A stretch of 64,000 nt of DNA from positions 186,001 through 250,000 of the forward strand of contig OW569352.1 in NCBI GenBank assembly GCA_937625935.1. The letters run 5' to 3'. This document shows, piece by piece, positions 42,764-52,894 of this stretch. The position numbers and the translations under genes were made by a program. Source of the stretch: Tetramitus jugosus (taxonomy: Eukaryota > Protista > Heterolobosea). The notes under the pieces were generated by a model. That model saw only the letters and a program-made list of their open reading frames with translations. It ran no database searches and had not been told where the DNA came from. Numbering within the stretch: position 1 is the stretch's first letter; every line of letters begins with the position of its first letter.

Positions 42764-44527
42764 ATGACTTGTCACGCATGCAGAAAAGCAAAAAAGGCGT
42801 GTGATGGCAATGAAGATCATCCATGTGCCAGATGTGTCAAAGCAGGACAACCATGCATACCTGTGACACCAAAGAAGAAGAAGTCCGCCAAAACACCATC
42901 ATCGTCCATGATGTCTGGTGGTGGTGGTGTTGGTAGCACCAGTAAGCGCATGATACCTATATCTTCCATCATTGACCACTCATCATCAATGCTATCACCT
43001 TCAATGATGATGATGGATGCACTGTCTCATCAACAATACAATCAACAACACCATCAGCATCAGCAGTATCAACAATCATCACAACAGTATCAGCAGCAGC
43101 AACAACAACATCAGAGACGTTCATCCATGTCTGCTGCGATGATGGACGTTGTTGATGTTGGATATTCAGATGATGAATCATCCAACTACAACATGTCGTA
43201 TGCCAATCAACAACAACATCCCATATTTTCACTATCATCATCATCATCATCATCATCAACAGTAACGACAGCATCAACACAACAACAACAGCATCATGAC
43301 TTTAACAACAACAATAGCAATATCATGGCAATGATGATGAATGATGGATATGATCAAAACAATTTTGGAATGACAGCACTCGCTCCTCCGAGTCTAGGAT
43401 TTGAGTATGATGCGGATGCCATGATGGTATCATCATCGTCATTATCTCATCAGAAATCCCTCTCCACTCAACAATCTCATTCTTTGTCCAACATTTCTGT
43501 ATTGAAACCACAATATCGATTGTCACGTATCGATCACTTGTACCTTGTTCCCATGAGAATCGATTTGGACGATGAAGGAATTCGTGTCATTGATTTCTTC
43601 AGTTGGCATGTTCTTCAATCTGATTGCACTGTGCAACAATTTGCAGAATGGTATTCTAGGGATATGAAACTGCCGAGCAACACGATACCACTTATTGTCA
43701 AATCCATCAATGCACAACTCACACGATTTTGTAACCTGTTCTCTGACACCTACTTTTGTCACACGTTCTTTGATGCGGAGAATGATTTGAGTGTGACGAT
43801 AAAGCTCGATGTTCGGTTACAGGGAACAGTGCTCAAGGATCAGTTTGAGTGGAACATTTTGAATGGCAATGTATCACCAGAGCAATTTGCTCAGCAGTTG
43901 TGTGAAGATATTGCCATTGATTTACACTTTATGCCCATGGTTTCCAATGCGATACGAGAGCAAATTTTTCAATTCATCTTCCAAAAGTATGAACGATACT
44001 TGCAACTGGTTCAAAGAGCGAGGAATCAAGCAAGCAACGATGACACACAAGTCGTAGAAATTAACTTTAATGACGTTGTGCAGAAAGTGCAGGTTGATCA
44101 ACCCCAACCACTGCCACAAACCACCACAACAACAACAAGCTCATCGACTCAACAACAGGAGTCAAAGCAAGAGCAAGAGAAACAAAATCAAGTACAAAAA
44201 GAACAGAAAGAACAAAAGCGAAGAGGAAGGAGAAGAAGCACAAAGAACACGAAAAAGCGAAAGAGGAAAGCAGAAGCAGAATCATCCGATTCTTCTGATT
44301 CTGAAAGGGAGGACAACGAAGAGAAAAGTACTTCCAAGGACAGAGATAACGGTATGGATGATGGAGATGCTCAAGACTATCATGACTACACAGATGACCC
44401 CTTGTTCCGAGATGAGGATGAAGTAGATGAATGGCGACCTAGGATAGAAATTCTTGATGAGGAAGAATTGGAGAGAATTGCAGCCAAAGAGGAAAGAGAG
44501 TCCAGATACAGAAGAAGGAGACTTTAA
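42764..44527 (+). CDS. SNF5: Zn(II)2Cys6 cluster-SNF5/INI1 fusion protein
   Basis: N-terminal CHACRKAKKACDGNEDHPCARCVKAGQPC; SNF5 repeats LVPMRIDLD...DFFSW and IKLDV...LKDQFEWNI...SPEQFAQQLCED...AIREQI; C-terminal WRPRIEIL...ERESRYRRR. Confidence 0.9.
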   Translation: MTCHACRKAKKACDGNEDHPCARCVKAGQPCIPVTPKKKKSAKTPSSSMMSGGGGVGSTSKRMIPISSIIDHSSSMLSPSMMMMDALSHQQYNQQHHQHQQYQQSSQQYQQQQQQHQRRSSMSAAMMDVVDVGYSDDESSNYNMSYANQQQHPIFSLSSSSSSSSTVTTASTQQQQHHDFNNNNSNIMAMMMNDGYDQNNFGMTALAPPSLGFEYDADAMMVSSSSLSHQKSLSTQQSHSLSNISVLKPQYRLSRIDHLYLVPMRIDLDDEGIRVIDFFSWHVLQSDCTVQQFAEWYSRDMKLPSNTIPLIVKSINAQLTRFCNLFSDTYFCHTFFDAENDLSVTIKLDVRLQGTVLKDQFEWNILNGNVSPEQFAQQLCEDIAIDLHFMPMVSNAIREQIFQFIFQKYERYLQLVQRARNQASNDDTQVVEINFNDVVQKVQVDQPQPLPQTTTTTTSSSTQQQESKQEQEKQNQVQKEQKEQKRRGRRRSTKNTKKRKRKAEAESSDSSDSEREDNEEKSTSKDRDNGMDDGDAQDYHDYTDDPLFRDEDEVDEWRPRIEILDEEELERIAAKEERESRYRRRRL

Positions 44528-44604
44528 TTTTTGTAATCATGATTGTACAAATGAGCTGACAAGTGACACTGAATAAACAAAATATTATGATATGTACATT
44601 TTAT

Positions 44605-45351
44605 CTACTTGTGATACTCTCTCTCACCAAAGATTGTTGAGCCCACACGCACAAGAGTAGCTCCATATCGAATAGCCAACTCATAATCGGAGCTCATGCC
44701 CATTGATAGATGAAACTGGTTCTGATCCAGTGCCAGCTCTTGACACACTGTGCCCTTCAATGAGACTAATTTTTCAAAATCTGGATTGTAATCCTCGGTG
44801 GACTTTGAATTGGTTAGATCACCAATGGTCATCAATCCACATAGCTCCAAGAATGGACACTGATCAATCACATACTTGCACAGTGCAACGGTTTCCTCTG
44901 GCGGACAACCGCTCTTGCTGTCTTCACCCGATGTGTTCACTTGAACCAGAACTTTAAGTTTGCGAGATTCGAGTTCACTCATGGCTGAATTGAGTGCTTT
45001 GGCAATCTTTTGTCTGTCCACTGTTTGAACCATGTAGAGATTAGGTATTTGACAAATGGATTTGACCTTGTTTGACTGCAAATGACCAATAAAGTGCCAA
45101 TGAATGTCAGATGGCAGTACCTTGCTCTTATCAATCAACTCTTGCACATAATTCTCTCCAAAGTGTCTCTGCTGATTCTGATAGCACTCCATGAGCAAAT
45201 TGGCGGGTTTTGTTTTTCCGACTGCGATCAATGTCGGAGTCAATTGAGTGTGGTTGGGTGGAGTGATGTTGTGAATGTTTGACAGTACTCGACTCAGATT
45301 CTGAGCAATGAGTGATGTTGTTGCTGTGGTGCCAGTCTTGGAAGCAATCAT
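44605..45351 (-). CDS. PLPBP: PLP homeostasis protein (YggS/PROSC)
   Basis: LIAVGKTKP, FGENYVQEL, WHFIGHLQSNK, QVNTSGEDSKSG, LSMGMSSD, RVGSTIFG. Confidence 0.95.
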   Translation of the reverse strand: MIASKTGTTATTSLIAQNLSRVLSNIHNITPPNHTQLTPTLIAVGKTKPANLLMECYQNQQRHFGENYVQELIDKSKVLPSDIHWHFIGHLQSNKVKSICQIPNLYMVQTVDRQKIAKALNSAMSELESRKLKVLVQVNTSGEDSKSGCPPEETVALCKYVIDQCPFLELCGLMTIGDLTNSKSTEDYNPDFEKLVSLKGTVCQELALDQNQFHLSMGMSSDYELAIRYGATLVRVGSTIFGEREYHK

Positions 45352-45468
45352 ATTTCGAGCGAGATCAATTTTTTGTTTTGCAGTGTTGTTTTTGTTTCGT
45401 TGTTGGGCGGCTTTGGAGAATTTTCTTGCATTTTCGCCCTCAGAAACAGGAGAACAAACAAACACAGA

Positions 45469-48456
45469 ATGAAGCGATTTGTGAATCATCATCCACATCA
45501 TCATCATCACCATCATTACTATCACCATCATGTTATTCTACATATCGCATCCTCCTCACAAGCAACAACAGCATCATCATTCATCACCCAAGAGAAACGA
45601 CGACTCTATTCATCTGATTATCATACAAAAAACAACAACAACAACAACAATAATAATCACCCAAATAACTTGAGTACAGTGGATACTAACAAGAGAAGAA
45701 ACAATCATCAACAACAACAACATACGAAACACATGTATCAAAACACAGTCTATGGTCACAGATACCTGTTGAATAAACAGAGAGCAATGGAACAGCAGAA
45801 GCAGCAACAACAACAATTGTACCAACAATCACCAACACGATCATCATCGTCATCATCATCATCGATGTACATTGATGATAACAATTCAAATCATGATGAT
45901 CAACCATGGACAAAAAGTGTTGTTCATACTGGATTGGCCAACATATTTTCAAAAGCAACACCATCACCACCACCAACAGAATCATCTCAAGACTCACCAC
46001 CACCACCACAACTGTCTCAAACAACAACAGCTGCAACAACAACTACGAGTCATTATCGTCCGAGTGCACAACAAGAACAACAACAAAAATCATCCTACAT
46101 GAGATCAAAGCCTGATCTCAATCGAAAATTCACCACTCATGCACAACATGAGAAACAGACAAGAATGATGGATCAAGTGCTAGGCTCTTTTCTGCACAAT
46201 CATATGAAACCATTGCTCTTGACAGCAACCACCCGTTCTGCTAGCTCTACTGCTGCTACTGTTACGACTGCTACTGCTACTGCTGCTGCTCATTCGAAAG
46301 ATGCCACCACAATCATCAATCAGAGCATCAATGACAATGACACTGCCATTGACTCACTTGTTGATCATTTGATCCAATCACAGAAACAACATCAACAATA
46401 CTTGCATGATTCTATGTCTATTCTGAGATTTATTGCACAGTGTGTGAATCGATTGAACAACCATTCAGTAGTAGATCAATCATCATTGGTGTATGAGAGT
46501 GATGAAGATATTGCCATGTTTCTGTCTCTGTCCCATTACAACAACAATGAACAATTGGATGAACAGCAGCACTACTACTATGATCATCACAAGAAGAGAC
46601 AAGATGGACAATTGTCGATCACAAAATCAGCCATCATTGCCCAGCAGTTGAATGAACACTTGAGAGCTCAATTGATTCTTGTTTGTATTCGATTGCATGA
46701 GCGATATGTGATGAACTCTACGTGTTTCACTCAATCATTCTACTTGATTCGATTGTTGGTTCAATTAGGAATGAATTATGTGGCAAGCGATGGTGGAATT
46801 GCTCATTTATTAGCGAGTGAATCTAATCATTCGACAACTGACACACCCCATACTGCTGTGGTGAACAATGTGACACGTGCTCAAAACAATAGGATGATTA
46901 TGAATGATTTCATTGTTCAATGGGTGTCTCAGTTGATTGTCAGTAAAGGCATCACCCATCCCGTTCTCGTAGAAAAAGTAGTGATTGCTCTCGTGCAACA
47001 ATTGATTCAACAAGATCGATATGGAGATGCCTGTGCTCTGATACAGTCCAATTCCAGTACATTTAACATCAAGAACGACAATGTAAACAGTATATACACA
47101 TTGCTGATACAAAGTACCGACAGCAACAACCGGAAACATGTAGAAAGATTAATGGAATTGCTAACACACTTGTACAATCAAATTGTTTCATATGCAACGG
47201 ATGATATGAACCGTGTGGTACCGGAGACGTATACTCGATCGAAACATCGATATTTGAGTGTGTTGAATATGGGACTGAAACACTTGTCAATCACACTTCA
47301 GAGCCCCTCTTCTGCCATTTCGTTGTTCAAGCAGTGGTATCAAGTTCCTACACACAAATACTATGAATCCTTGCTCGATAATGAAAAGAGTTATCTCTTG
47401 TCATCTGAGGGACAAGTGCTATCCGATCGCAACATCTACCTTACTGTTCTGACAGCACTGAGGCACAGTCAAAAAAGTGAAGAGAACTTGCAATTCGTTA
47501 TGGATCGCTTGAACAAAGAACCAACTCTGATTTGGAATCTTGAGCTGTGTTTGCAGTCGATTCGATGTCTTTTGTCATACAAAGACCACCAAGAGGAAGC
47601 CTATCAGATATTTATACGAAGCATGGATCAATTTTCGCCTCAATTGCTTCAATATTCCTCGAAAGAGCAGTTCATATTTACTGCTATTCAATTGTTAAAG
47701 CAATTGTTTGTACAAAATCCAAAGCGGATGGCAGCCAGTGATATTGATGAATTAGAGAGGGTTCTTGCCAAGCTCGGACCCTTCATTGATGCCAGAATTT
47801 TGGGACTTAGTGCTGTTCCTATCACAGCAGACAGTGAAACTTGGTTCTTGCTCGAACTATTAAGATATGTCGATGAACATGTGGCTCGATCTGCGTTTAG
47901 GCCACAGATTCTGGATAGTCTCGTTGCTCACTCAATCATCCAGAGTAGTGACGATGTACAAATCACTCAGAAACTGATTAATCGACTCAGAGAACTGTAT
48001 CCTGATTTTCAGTTGAGCACAAACATTGCCAATACTGTTGTGAGTTCTTCCAGAGTTCTCAACCATTCAGATTCTGCCCTTCTAGTGAAACTATTCAAAC
48101 AGCTAAAGGATAGTTTTAATTTAGCGCCAGATAGGAATGGATATGAATCCATGGTGTTGCAATTTGTCGCCAGTGGGAAGGTAACCGAAGCTGAGAACGT
48201 TGTCTGTTTTCTGGCTTCTCAATCCGATCAAGGCATCAACAGCCAACTTGTTAAACCATTGATGGAATACTATGTGCCAAGGGAAGCAAATTCAAAGAAA
48301 TTTGGCGATCGAGCAAACTACTGGACAAAACTGCACAACATACTGGTCAATATGGAGCACGAACAGGAACGTCTCAAGACAAATGACGAGCCACTAGTCG
48401 AGCTCAACAATGATGAAACAGCTCACCTGACGCTGGAGGCGGACTTTGTGAAATAA
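45469..48456 (+). CDS. Large helical-repeat protein, probably PPR-like and mitochondrial
   Basis: Long ORF from ATG 45469; presequence-like start with RRLYSS; degenerate PPR-like unit LAPDRNGYESMVLQFVASGKVTEAENVV. Confidence 0.55.
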   Translation: MKRFVNHHPHHHHHHHYYHHHVILHIASSSQATTASSFITQEKRRLYSSDYHTKNNNNNNNNNHPNNLSTVDTNKRRNNHQQQQHTKHMYQNTVYGHRYLLNKQRAMEQQKQQQQQLYQQSPTRSSSSSSSSMYIDDNNSNHDDQPWTKSVVHTGLANIFSKATPSPPPTESSQDSPPPPQLSQTTTAATTTTSHYRPSAQQEQQQKSSYMRSKPDLNRKFTTHAQHEKQTRMMDQVLGSFLHNHMKPLLLTATTRSASSTAATVTTATATAAAHSKDATTIINQSINDNDTAIDSLVDHLIQSQKQHQQYLHDSMSILRFIAQCVNRLNNHSVVDQSSLVYESDEDIAMFLSLSHYNNNEQLDEQQHYYYDHHKKRQDGQLSITKSAIIAQQLNEHLRAQLILVCIRLHERYVMNSTCFTQSFYLIRLLVQLGMNYVASDGGIAHLLASESNHSTTDTPHTAVVNNVTRAQNNRMIMNDFIVQWVSQLIVSKGITHPVLVEKVVIALVQQLIQQDRYGDACALIQSNSSTFNIKNDNVNSIYTLLIQSTDSNNRKHVERLMELLTHLYNQIVSYATDDMNRVVPETYTRSKHRYLSVLNMGLKHLSITLQSPSSAISLFKQWYQVPTHKYYESLLDNEKSYLLSSEGQVLSDRNIYLTVLTALRHSQKSEENLQFVMDRLNKEPTLIWNLELCLQSIRCLLSYKDHQEEAYQIFIRSMDQFSPQLLQYSSKEQFIFTAIQLLKQLFVQNPKRMAASDIDELERVLAKLGPFIDARILGLSAVPITADSETWFLLELLRYVDEHVARSAFRPQILDSLVAHSIIQSSDDVQITQKLINRLRELYPDFQLSTNIANTVVSSSRVLNHSDSALLVKLFKQLKDSFNLAPDRNGYESMVLQFVASGKVTEAENVVCFLASQSDQGINSQLVKPLMEYYVPREANSKKFGDRANYWTKLHNILVNMEHEQERLKTNDEPLVELNNDETAHLTLEADFVK

Positions 48457-49117
48457 ACCGATCCCTCCGTTGTCAAGACCAAAAAACCGAAAACCAAAAA
48501 AAATTGTGAAAAGCTTTTGTGTCGTTCGTGTCATTTCCCATTACGTACGCACCCACACAAGCACCACCCAGTATCAAGATTGTCGACACAAAATTAGTCG
48601 TAGTCATCGTGTCTCCTATCCTTGTGGTACGTGTGTCATCTCATTATTCTCTCATATGAACCATTTCTCCTCCACACACACACAGGCACGCACACCCACA
48701 TCATGAATTGAGAATTTTTCATGAAGTGATGTTGCACTTTTTTTTTTCCGAGTGTGTGTGTGTGAATTTATTTATTATTGTTGTTGTTGTTTATGAGTGA
48801 ATGACTTGTCAACTAATATTAGTTGTTCCAATGATCCATCATCATGTATATAGATTATTAGCTTTGTATTGGCACTCGCTGCTGCAAAAGCCATACAACA
48901 CTGTATTCAAAAATATCGCAATCGCCAGCGAATCACTGAACAAAAGTATCTGTTGAGACATCAATTGGAACAACAACAACAAGAAGAACAAACTTTGTCA
49001 ACAACAAGCACAACAAACAGCAGCATTAGCAGTCGCAGCAACAGCAGTGACACTCTTTATCATTATAATATCCATATCAATAACAATAATAACAACAATA
49101 ACAACAATAACAACAAC

Positions 49118-49672
49118 ATGAGTGGTGTAGCAAGCAGTAACAACACTAACAATAATAGTAATGATAGTCGTTTTCTATCCAATCAAAAACAATTAACAGG
49201 TGGATCAAAGATTCATGAAGTGGATCCAATGACAAAGTATGATGAGATTGCGGTTGAATTGGGAGTTGGATTAGATAGATGGACAGTGATACGAAAAGCA
49301 TGGCAAACTGGTGGCAACAACAACTCTGCTCCTTCTCGAAAGAAGAATAGCGGTAGTAGTTCAAAGAATAATTATGACAAGTATGTGGATGTGGACAGTG
49401 TAGTGGAGCATTTGGTCAATCCGAGGAAACCTGCATTTAAGCATCCAGTGCCATTGCCTGAAATGATTGTTGTAAGTGTCGATTTGTTTATTTTTTTTTT
49501 CTGATGAGTGGTCGATTGAGTGTATGATGCTTGATTTGTGTGTGTGTGTTTATTGATTGTGTTGAGAACATTGTCTCATACTAAATGGTTTATTGATCAA
49601 TCACATGTGTGAAATGAATAACTATAGATATTGAATGAATTATGGGAGGCAGATGGATTGTATGATAATTGA
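49118..49672 (+). CDS. DUF4050/Gag1-like clamp domain protein; intron 49472-49627; start uncertain
   Basis: GLDRWTVIRKAW...FKHPVPLPEMIV spliced (GTAAGT...TATAG) to ILNELWEADGLYDN*, matching P.PL.EMV..L..LW..EG. The frame is also open upstream to an acceptor at 48853. Confidence 0.72.
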
Positions 49673-50427
49673 ATTTAAGGATAGTGTGCACCACACTATG
49701 TGCTTGTTGTTGTCTTTTTCTTCTTCGTTTGTTGTTGCTATTGTTGGTTCGTTGTTGGTTTGTTGTTGTTATCACATTTCATCTCACGATGCAACTCACG
49801 TATTCACCACTATCCATGTGTGTGTATGTGTGTGTCATCTGGAAGTTTATGAGAGAGAAAACGACGAGAATATGCTAAATTAATGTTCAATGTCGAATGG
49901 AGAAGAGACGAGAGGGTTGGCTAGACAGGGACCTGTCTCGCATTGATGTGTGTGTGTACATGCTCGTTTGTGCATGCACACATCCAATGAACAAACCTGT
50001 AAACTTCCCTCATTTCTACGCGAATGACTATGTTCCAATGCGCGAATGTAATGTGTTGGTGATGATGATAACGACAAGAATGACTAGTCAGAGGAGAGCA
50101 CACCAGAAAGAGGAGCTGTCATGTTTGTGATGGAATCGATCTGCGTGTGTTTGCTAGATGACAACAAGCAGCAACAATCAACAACCAATAACAATATTAA
50201 ATGCAAGAACATGCATTGACCTATTTTGAACTATGGGAAACCAACTAAATATCAACCATAACCAACTTTCTAGCAGAGAAAATAAAGTAATTATTGCACG
50301 AAGCGTGTTAACATTTTCGGATCAACTTCTCCATTTTTCGTGTCGAAACCAAAGAAACAGCAACTGCTACCTCTGCGCGACTGTGGCATTTATTAAACTA
50401 CGATAACGACACAAACAAGATACAAGC

Positions 50428-50760
50428 ATGGCTGACAGACAACACAATCATGTGCAATCAGATGAGATCAGAGTGATAACGAATCGAGAGGAAGATGATG
50501 ATGACGACGTCGACACATTGGATCAGATCATTGAACAGTTGGGGCCATGTGCTCGAACCTATTGGGATTTGGATCAATGCCTTGAGCAGACCGATCACAG
50601 CTGGCAAAAGTGTAAAGCACGAGTCCAAGATCTGAGCAAATGTTGGCGTAAATTGGAACAACAGGGTTTGAAGCAGAAACAACAAGAGCGAGAGATGATG
50701 GAAAAGTTCAAATTAATGAAAGAAGCAAAGAAGAAAAAGGAATTAGAGAGCACCACATAA
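50428..50760 (+). CDS. COA4: Twin CX9C (CHCH) protein, COA4-like cytochrome c oxidase assembly factor
   Basis: CARTYWDLDQC...SWQKCKARVQDLSKC (two CX9C motifs) after an acidic N-terminus. Confidence 0.75.
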   Translation: MADRQHNHVQSDEIRVITNREEDDDDDVDTLDQIIEQLGPCARTYWDLDQCLEQTDHSWQKCKARVQDLSKCWRKLEQQGLKQKQQEREMMEKFKLMKEAKKKKELESTT

Positions 50761-50789
50761 AAAACTCGAACATGGCTTCACTTTCCTGC

Positions 50790-51720
50790 TCCATCATGCC
50801 TTCAAGTTCTCTTTGCTCGTCCCTCTGCAGCGATCCTCATGATTGCATCTGTTTGACTGATTCAGGGCTGGACTTTTTGAGGGTAGTGACCTTCCTTGGA
50901 CCGAAGGTGTGCAAGGCAGGTATTTTTACAGTTTAATGTTTTCTTCAAGCAAGGAAAAAGGACAACACCCTGCATTCGATTTTTTTAATACAACCATTTC
51001 GGTTTCTCACTTTAATGTCTTTTGTTTTCTTCAGCCATCGCTCTTGCTGACCTCTTTTATTCCCAATGACGCTCTGCGAACGTAATTGTTGTCATTTCGC
51101 TTTTGTTGTTGTGAACAGATGAAGGAGGGTCGTGAGACACCTCCGTTTCACACTGCTCACATATGTTCTTGCTTTCTTTTCTTTAACACACTCTCTCTTG
51201 GTGCTGTCAATGACACTCGCAGCCCTTTTTTCTGCGACCTTCTTTTTGCATCCTGTCTTTATGAGGGCATTGAGAATATCCTCCCTTGTCTCTCCCTCCT
51301 TCCCTATCAAACCGGCCAAAGTATCATGTGAAGTCATGGCTGCATTTCTTTTGGTCAAGCTTCCATTACAGTACAAGTAACTGTCGAACCAGAGTTCCAC
51401 CTGTGTGTCTTTTGGCAGCCTTAATCTGTTGAGTCTATCAACCACTGACACACATATTCTTTTTCTGACTTCATGTGCGGATGAACACTCAACCAGAAGA
51501 TGAACAATAGTATCATCTTCCTCTCCAGTTCCATATAGAATTGTACATTTCGGTACTTCTTGGGTCCTAAGCCCTTTAGAGCGTAGACACTCTTTGCCTT
51601 CTCATAAGACATGATACTACCTTCGTGATATAGTTGTTCATTTCTGTGCACTCCGTTTGCCTTGAGAATTCTAGCTTCATTTAAGGGGAGATGAAATTCA
51701 TTGACATGCACAGAAACATC
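50790..51720 (-). pseudogene. Fragmented coding-like sequence abutting the tRNA
   Basis: Consecutive ATG-less ORF pieces (51421-51711, 51092-51451) that change frame around a TG run; HhH-like LKGLGPKK. Confidence 0.3.
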
Positions 51721-51769
51721 TCCGGTGTGGAAATAAATTCCATATTTATAGTGTTTGCAAAAGCAAGAT

Positions 51770-51849
51770 GGCGAGGTGGTCGAGTGGTCTAAGACGCTGT
51801 GTTAAGGCCGCAGTCCTTCGGGGCGCGGGTTCAAATCCCGCCCTCGTCA
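51770..51849 (+). tRNA. tRNA-Leu (anticodon AAG)
   Basis: Acceptor stem GGCGAGG/CCTCGTC; D-arm TGGTCGAGTGGTCTAAGAC; anticodon arm CTGTG-TTAAGGC-CGCAG; variable arm CCTTCGGG; T-loop GGTTCAAATCC; TTTT Pol III terminator at 51853-51856. Confidence 0.96.
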
Positions 51850-52283
51850 GAGTTTTGCTGTAAAAGAGAGTCGCAGATTACAATGCTCAACCACGATTGT
51901 AAGCGGACATCCATTGCGCGTGATAAAATTTTCACGCTCGTTCATTTGACTCTGAACGGATGCTGCTGTGTAAAAAACAAACACACATCTCACCCCTTAC
52001 CTTGCACCAAGGGTTAAGAGTCCGACCGTCGCTCTCTCCGTTTCAGCGTCGCTTCAGACCCCAAATTGCGTATTCAAAACCAAGACTAGTATCTTGAACA
52101 TACACAAGGCACATAGCTCAACAGGTCTCACAACCAACCCCAGCTACAGCAACACCAAACCTTTTCTGTTGCCAGTAACAACGGTGAAACAAGAACAAGA
52201 ATATCCTCATCTCAGGTGTTACTTATTCCTTTCCAGCCTCGTTCATTCATCTCCATCGTACTTGTGTGACGAACGAGTGATAA

Positions 52284-52860
52284 ATGAATAACCCTTTTTT
52301 CAACGACCAGCATCATCAAAGTAGTGGCCACATGGGTGATATCACATCTATTCCTCCATCGTCGTCTTCCGCTGTGGCGACGACTACCTCAGCAGCGTCA
52401 TCGTTGGATGACGACTCATTTTTCAGCATGTTGCAATCCATGACTGGCTCAATCAATCCATCATCAAATGTTGTCTCCAACCACAACAACAACAACAACA
52501 ACCACTCGAGCATGTCTCCAGCAGCAGCAGCAGCAGCAATGAATCATCAACAGTGTGCATTGGTGGACAATATCGTGTCACCGACAACAACAACACCTCA
52601 CTCCTCCAACAACCACAACAACAATACGACAACATTCAACAACAGTCCCTATCATCATCACCATCATCACTCATACATCAATTGCAAGATTGAATATCAG
52701 GACCATCAGTGCATTGTGACATCAACCAATGTCAACAGTGTTGTGCTTCGTGGTCTCATGCTCTCACCTCACTCTTTTCAACAATTGTGTACGAGTGGAG
52801 TATTGGATTTGGAGACTTTGAATGCCATTCGATCCTTTGCATTTGCTCAACAACAACAGG

Positions 52861-52894
<34 letters not shown>

